Shown: one piece after another, positions 52,701-60,900 of the stretch
Position numbering within the stretch: the stretch's first letter is position 1
How the letters are laid out: each line of letters begins with the position of its first letter
From: Octopus sinensis
Lineage: Eukaryota
Assembly (NCBI RefSeq): GCF_006345805.1
Contig: NC_042997.1
Location: forward strand, 202,430,001 to 202,494,000
Direction: 5' to 3'
Length of the DNA stretch: 64,000 bases
Made by a program: the position numbers and the translations under genes
Notes under the pieces: generated by a model
The model's input: only the letters and a program-made list of their open reading frames with translations
What the model was told of the DNA's origin: nothing
The model's database searches: none

Positions 52701-54930
52701 CCTTTTTAATCATGAAACAATTTATGTATTTATTTACATACACACACATCCACTACACACCTTTCAAATAGATAATCTTATTGTATCATAATTAATTATA
52801 GAATTGATAATTAATTACAAAATTCTAAAAACAAGAAATTCATAATGTACAGACATGGCTGTGTGATTAAGAAGCTGACTTTGTAAGCACATGGTGTCTG
52901 TTCATTCCCATTGCATGGTACCTTGGACAAATCCCTTTTGCTGTAGCCCTAGGCTGACCAATGCCTTATAAGTAAATTTAGTAGACAGAAACTGTGAAGA
53001 AGTCCTTTGTGTTTGTATTGCCCCCCCCCCACTACCACACAAATACCAGTTTAGTGACTCACCAAGCTAATGATAAGATTGGGCATTTCCACAACAAAAC
53101 TATTTTGATTTGAGTGAAGGCTTTCAGAACAAAAATTAATCAAACTACAATCAGTTGCTATCATCATCATCGTTTAACGTCTGCTTTTCATGCTGGCATG
53201 GGTTGGATAGTTTGACATGGAACTGGTTAGCAGGGATCTGTCCAAAGGCGGCAAGCTGGCAGAAACGTTAGCACGCCAGGCGAATTGCTTAGCAGTATTT
53301 TGTCTGTCTTTACGTTCTGAGTTCAAATTCCGCCGAGGTCGACTTAGCCTTTCATCCTTTCGAGGTCGATTAAATAAGTACCAGTTACGCACTGGAGTCG
53401 ATATAATCAACTTAATCCCTTTGCCTGTCCTTGTTTGTCCCCTCTGTGTGTAGCCTCTTGTGGGCAATAAAGAAATAAGGGAGCTGTCCAAACTCCAACT
53501 GTCTGTTGTGGCATGGTTTCTACAGCTGGTGACCTTCCTAATGCCAACCACTTAACAGAGTGTCCTGGGTGTTTTTTACTTGTTACCAGCATGGCTGCAT
53601 TTACACACCCCCAGCACAGGTGCTTTTGAAATAGCACCTACACCTGAAAGGACAAGCTTGTATGTGTGGAAGACAACAATTTTACTTACCTGGACGAGTC
53701 TTATCAAGTACAGCAAATCGCCACATCTGCCAGTCCTTTGTCATTTCCTCAATGAGGCCCAGCATCTAAAGATCTTTTCTCACCATTTCATCCCACATCT
53801 TCCTGGGTCTACCTCTTCCACATGTACCCTCCACAGTTAGAGCTCGACTCTTATGATAAAATACTTTCTCTTTGGCAACTCAAGAATGGATTTGTAATGA
53901 ATTAATAAATAAATGATAATTACAATCTTACAATTATAAATCAATTTTTTGTGCCAATGCAAACGACCTTGTTATTTTGGCTGATAATTTAGAAAAACGG
54001 TGTACTCTTTTACTTGTTTCAGTCATTTGACTGCGGCCATGCTGGAGCACTGCCTTTAGTCGAGCAAATCGACCCCGGGACTTTTTCTTTGTAAGCCCAG
54101 TACTTATTCTATCGGTCTCTTTTGCTGAACCGCTAAGTTACGGGGACTTAAACCCACCAGCATCGGTTGTCAAGCAATGCTAGGGGGACAAACACAGACA
54201 CACAAACATATACACACACACTTATATATATATACATATATACGACAGGCTTCTTTCAGTTTCCATCAACCAAATCCACTCACAAGGCATTGGTCGGCCC
54301 GGGGCTATAGCAGAAGACACTTGCCCAAGATGCCACGCAGTGGGACTGAACCCAGAACCATGTGGTTGGTTAGCAAAAATTAGTCTGTTGTTTTGTTTTT
54401 TTTTTCATATTCGGCTAAGAACAAACATAAATTTTTTCAGCATTCAAATTGACCTGTCAAATGTAATGCTTATTTATTCACATTGTTTTGAATTAACCAT
54501 GCTTTATCTTGTAGCTTTGAGATTTCAACAATGTGATTGTTTGTGCTTTTAATGACATTGTCAAGTAGGTGGGAAAGGCTAGATGTGGCCAGTTTTAACA
54601 GGGAACAGGTAGAATATTTGGGTCTGGATATGGCCAGTTTAAGGGTTAGTGTAAAGCCCCTGAATAGTTATCTTCATATTTCTCTCTCACTCTCTCTCGT
54701 GTGTGTGTACATACATACAAGTAAAGAGAGATATACACAGACATATACACACACACACACACACACATACATATATATATATACATGCATATATATATGA
54801 CTTTGCCTTTCATCCTTTCGGGGTCGATAAATTAAGTACTAGTTATGCACTGGGGTCGATGTAATCGACTTAATCCCTTTGTCTGTCCTTGTTTGTCCCC
54901 TCTATGTTTAGCCCCTTGTGGGCAATAAAG

Positions 54931-54968
<38 letters not shown>

Positions 54969-57900
54969 TATATATACACACACATATACACGTGTGTGTG
55001 TAAACACACACTTACATACATGTTACTTTATATCAGATAAGAAAGATGTTTTTTTTTATTAAAACTGACACTTGTGAGTCAATTCTCAGTTTCAGTTTTA
55101 AAAAAAAACACCTGATAAACACTCACTCACGCAAGCACACACACACACACACACACAGACAGGCATACACACAAATATGTGTTATCATCATCATTTAACA
55201 TCCATGTTCCATGCTGGGCATGAATCAGATGGTATGACATGATCCAATGAGTCCAAGGACTGCCTCATTCTCCAGTCTACTTTGGCATAATTTCTATGGC
55301 ATAATTTCTATGGCTGAACACCCTTCCTAATGTCATACATATTTTTATTTACACGCATATACATGCATAAAAATAAGCATACATATATGTACGATAATTA
55401 CTCCACTAATTTTGACAGAGAATATTTCTCCTCAATAAATTGCATGACCTTCACTTTGAATTAACATGTGGCTGAGTATTCATACATGTATATCTCATTA
55501 ATGCAATATGGAGGTAGACTCAGCAAGACAAAGCATGTGACCAGGCATCCGATGTCCTTCTACCCAAATTCTACAGCAAAAAAAAATCTGTTCTCCTCTC
55601 TCCCTTTCTCTCACACTTTAACCCCTCATCACCTTGCATAAAGCTGCCTCCTTGGGGTTTGTAGTCGTGCAAGTGCAAGGGAGCTTCACTGGTGCTGGAA
55701 GCATAGGAAAAGTACCAAGTGCATGCTGTAAAGTCATTGGTGTTAGGAAGGGTGTCCAGCTATAAAATCCATGGCAAAGCAGACCATGGAGGATAATGCA
55801 GTCTTTGGACATATCTCCTGACAAACCATCCAACCCATGCCAGCATGGAAAAATGGACATTCAATGGTGATGATATATTTTGTAAGATTTTGTTGTCTTA
55901 TAACAGATGTGACCAGAACTCATCCCCTGTGTTCACATTTAAAACCACTCGTTGATGTGTGCTGGTGAAAGATAATTATTTAATCCTTGGGACCAAAACA
56001 ATAATTTATGATGTTACACACTTATGAATATGTAAAATTCAAGATTATTTTTCTCTGCTCGTATGTTGGCCTCCATAGGTTTTTATGTATGTGTAATTGA
56101 CTTAAAATATAAAATCTATGATTAGTTTAGTTTAGGACAATGGTTCTCAGCCTTCTAAAGCTCAGAAACCCCTTTCACTGCATGTTTTGCAAAAAAAAAA
56201 AAAAAAAATAAGCTGGAGCTAATTTTGCCCGAAGGTTTGTCATCCACATCCAGTAAGTGTCTATTTCGTAGATATTTACTTGGATTAGTGTCCCTACATT
56301 AAATATTTATGGAAATTACTAAAAACGGAGTAGGTGTGGCTGTGTGGTAAGAAGCTTGCTCCCCAACCACACAGTTTCAGGTTCAGTCCCACTGCATGAC
56401 TCCTTGGGCAAGTGTCTTCTACTACAGCCTCAGGCCAGCCAAAGCCTGGTGAGTGGATATGAAAGACAGTAACTGAAAGAAGCCCCTCAAATATGTATAT
56501 ATCTGACAACTGGTATTGGTCACTGGCATGGATGTTTCTATATGTCACCATTGCTGGTGCTTTTACATATCACCAGCACCAGCCGCAACTACAATTTCAC
56601 TTGTTTTGATAAGTCTCTAGCACAGCAAATCACCAAAGGTCATGATCTCTTGTCATCGACTCTGTGAGACCCCACATACAAAGATCATGCTTCACCACCT
56701 CGTCCCATGTCTTCCTGGGTTTACCTCTACCACAGGGTCCCTCCACAGTTAGAGATCAGCACTTCTTTACACAGCTGTTCTCATCGTTATCTTGTTAAAC
56801 TCTGGTATTTTATTGGTCTCTTTTGCCAAACTACTAAGTTACAGTGATGTAAACAAACCAACATAGGCTGTCAAACACAGACACATGCATTTTCCTCTTC
56901 CAAATTCACTCATTGGTTGGCCAAGAGTTAAATAGAAGAAACTTTCCCAAGGTGCCATGCATTAGAACTGAACCAGAAGCCACATAGTCGCAAAGCAAGT
57001 TTCATTACCATTCAGCTGTGCATAGTTTGTGATTGTTCACATTTAGGGAAGGGAAGGAAATTTTAATGACTTGCTGAACTCTCAACTTTTTGATTATTAC
57101 TGTCTTTCTTCTATTTGAAAAGGAGAATCGTTGCCCAAAATATTACAGAATTGTTAAACATATCTCATGTATAATCACTTTGTCTCTTATACAAATACAG
57201 TCTGACCCTTTTAGTTTCAACAGCTCAGTAGAAAGATCCTAAATTAAATTTATGTCTTTTTATTTCTTCAAGAATTTTTTAATAGAAATTACATAGAATT
57301 TTTTCTTCTTTTTTTTTCAGAAAAACAGAATTTTGGTATATATTTGAAGTGATAGTTTTCATTTCAATACATTCTTTAGTCTGTCCTCTATCTATTAACA
57401 TTGGCTTTAGTGTAAGAAGGAAGGTCAATGGTGCAAGATTTAGTCAAGACAGCCTAATAGTATTTAGGTTCACAGAAGAAATTGTTGAAGTGAAGCTGAT
57501 GTAGATTGAGGAAGTCCCTTTTTGTTTTTTAACTTCACTAAAATCATATCAACTACAATATTGTTTATATACAATGTTGCTGAAAAGTGAAAAATTACCT
57601 TTAAATCTTTTTAAAACATTAATTCCATGCCATTTCACTGTCGTTATTATTTTGCCAACGCTAAATTCTGCATTCATCAATACTTTAATAACAATGTATT
57701 GTTATTATTATTATTATTATAACACTACATAGCATTTATTTGAATTTAAGTATTTTTATACAAAGTAAATATCTGAACTTGAAGAAATGTTTCTGTGCTC
57801 TGATAGAAATAAGCTGTTCAACAAATGTTCTGTAATATTGTTGCTAATCCTAATCTCTTTTGAACGTAAATAGCCATAAGATCTGAGAAAAGAAACTCTT

Positions 57901-60900
57901 CTGTTCAATGCTACTCAAACATAGTCAGTAATACTTTAATGCAGTATGCAAGTTGTGGAAATTTAAAATGAACCCTGCTCAGATATAGAGACATAAAGCC
58001 TTTCCCTGCAGATAGCTGTAGTATATGCTGCAATGACAAAGATATAAATCTATATGATCATCATATTTTAACATCTGCTTTCCATGCTGGCATGGGTTGG
58101 ACAGTTTGACCAGAGCTGGTTCTAGTCTGGTTTGGCTTGGTTTTTACATCTGGATACTCTTCCAAATGCCAACTACTTTACAGTGTGTGCTGGGGGCTTT
58201 TAACGTGGCACCAGCATGATGTGATATATATATATATATAAATGGGGTTCCTAACATTTTTACATGGACCATTTGAAAATTGTGAATTTTAAAACTTGAA
58301 ACCTAAGGTAGTTCAGAGAATCCACAAATAATGTATTTATCCACCAAAGCAGTGTTGAATACACATTCTCAGTGTTCACTATCGTGTGTATGTATATATA
58401 TATGATATAATAATTGTAATTAAGTTCAATTGATAAGGGAATTAAGAATGGAGAGTTGACCCTAACAGGTTTTATTTTGTATTTTGGGTTTTCAATCAAA
58501 TTTTGCTTCTTCCTTCCTACATTTCTTCATGTTATCTCTGTTTCCCCATGCTAACATGGGTTTGAGAAATATATGATTGAGGCATTATTTCAGTTGGATG
58601 CCCCTCCTGTCATTAACCCTTACCTGTTTTTCAGACAAAAGATCTCTTCTTTCACACATCTTTAAAGGTACAAAAACTAATGGATGATTTGAGGGTGGGA
58701 AATGACCACCACTACTTGTAGCTCAGTGTAATATTCAGAAAAAACAAATACAACACATACATAAGATTTTGTTTGCACATATATATATGAATAAGGCTTT
58801 AGATACAATATAAATCATTGACAGAGCTTGTATTCTGTCCCCAAATCTTCTTCTAATCACACCCTACTGGACATACCTGACAACTTAATCCTAGATATAC
58901 TAAAAGTTTGGGAAGGTTAAGGCTGATTGTTTATGATCGTAAATCTCACCTGACAATCCTTTCTACTATAGTCAAAAGGCCGGAAATTTTGAGGGAGGGG
59001 GGCCTGTCAATCAGATCGACCCCAGTACACCACTGTTACTTAATTTATCGACCCTGAAAGGATAAGTTGACCTTGGTGGATTTTGAACTCAGAATGGAGC
59101 AACGGGCGAAATACTGCAAAGCATTTTGTCCAGCATGCTAACGATTCTGCCAACTTGCCTCCTTAATCTCACCTAGTGCTAAACAACATCTCAGTTCAAA
59201 CTCATCATGCAATATGAATAGTAGACCAAAGGTGACAAGCTGGCAGAATCGTTAGCATACCAGGCATTTTGTTTGTCTTTACATTCTGAGTTCAAATTCA
59301 GTTGAGGATAACTTTGCTTTTCACATTTTCGGAATTGATAAAATAAGTAGCAGTTGAATGCTGAGATCGTTGTAATCAACTTGCCCCCTCCCTCAAAATT
59401 GCTGGTGTCTTGCAATATAAATGCTAAACCTCAACTATCTTCAAACTGTTATAGGTATCACTTCTCTTGCCCTCCACCCTACTTCCATATTTCACATAAA
59501 TCGAGTTAAGTCCAGGTTTGCAACTCTAAACAACAAACTTCACAATGTAGTACAGTGGTTCCCAAACCCTTTTATTTAAATGAATTTTCCATGGACCCCT
59601 TTTAATATGCTTATCCTTATATATATAGAAAGAGAGAGAGATAGATATATATTTGTATATACATTATTTACATTTGATGGATATTTGTCCTCATCTTGTT
59701 GTTATACCCTCTAGTCTTCATCAGGTGTCTTGGGGAACCTGGGTTCTCATTCCTAAAGTATTTTTTCAATGTTATTATTTTTATTATTATACAGGTCACT
59801 GCCTGGAATTGAACTTGGAATCTTGGGGTTAGTAGCCTGCACCCTTAATCACTACACCATATGCCATGGGCAATTATGGAGTGAATTTTAGGGCTTATAA
59901 ATCTAATATTTTCCTAATTTCCTTAATACCAGTTCCCATATTCTACTCATATCTGCTCTCGGTCTGCTTTTAGTTTCCGTATTTTCCAGTGGTGTTCTCT
60001 ATTAACTTCATCCCACAGGGGGAGGTGGTCTCCATTTTCCCATACATGATCAGCTATACTCGATTTATCAATATCTCCCAGTTTTGCGATGTTCGTCTCC
60101 TTTTATTTTGAGGAGGTGACATATTTCACCTTTGTATAACCTACCATAGCTGCATGGGATGGAGTACATGCAGTTTTTGGTCATATTCTCTTCTATTGGT
60201 GGTTTTACTCGAAGGCGATATTTGTGAAGTGTTGTATTACTCTTGAATACTGTCCTGATATCATATGGGCTGCATATCTTTTGTATCTTTTCGGAGAGGC
60301 CTTTCACATAGGGTAGAAAGACTGTGGACAATTTATTGGTTTCCTCCTCTCTTTTCTTCATAATTGGAGTGGATAGTATGTTTTGGGGTTAGTTGTTGCT
60401 TAATAGATCATTATTGAACTTGATCATTTCTTCGTGGTGTGTATCATGATTGCTACTTATATTCTTTGCATGATGTTTTAGGTACTGAGCAATCCTTCTC
60501 TTTACACTGTATGGATGGTGGGAATTGAAGTTGAGGTATCGTCCAGTGAAGGTTGGCTTGCAGTATACGGATGTCCTGAATCCATACTTGTGTGTTATTA
60601 ATACATCCAGGAATGCTAGCTGATTGTCTTTTTCCTTTTCCATTGTGATCTGTATGGATGGCTTTATTGAGTTCACATGATCTAACAGCGCTTGGACATC
60701 TTCCTGGTGAGGCCAGAGTATAATGGTGTCATCAACATATCGTAGCCACAGGGTTGGTTTTAATGGTGTTGATCCTAAAGCCAAATTCTCAAAGTATTCC
60801 ATGTATATTAATATATATATATATATTTATAAGTGTGTATACATACAAAAATACATACATACATACATATATATACGAAATTTTGAATTTAGTTCATGGA

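Noticed and set aside
59793-59865. tRNA gene (also the heads of the SINE families)
   Set aside because: Only A/B-box-like motifs with poorly paired stems, embedded in repeats; treated as tRNA-derived, not functional tRNAs.
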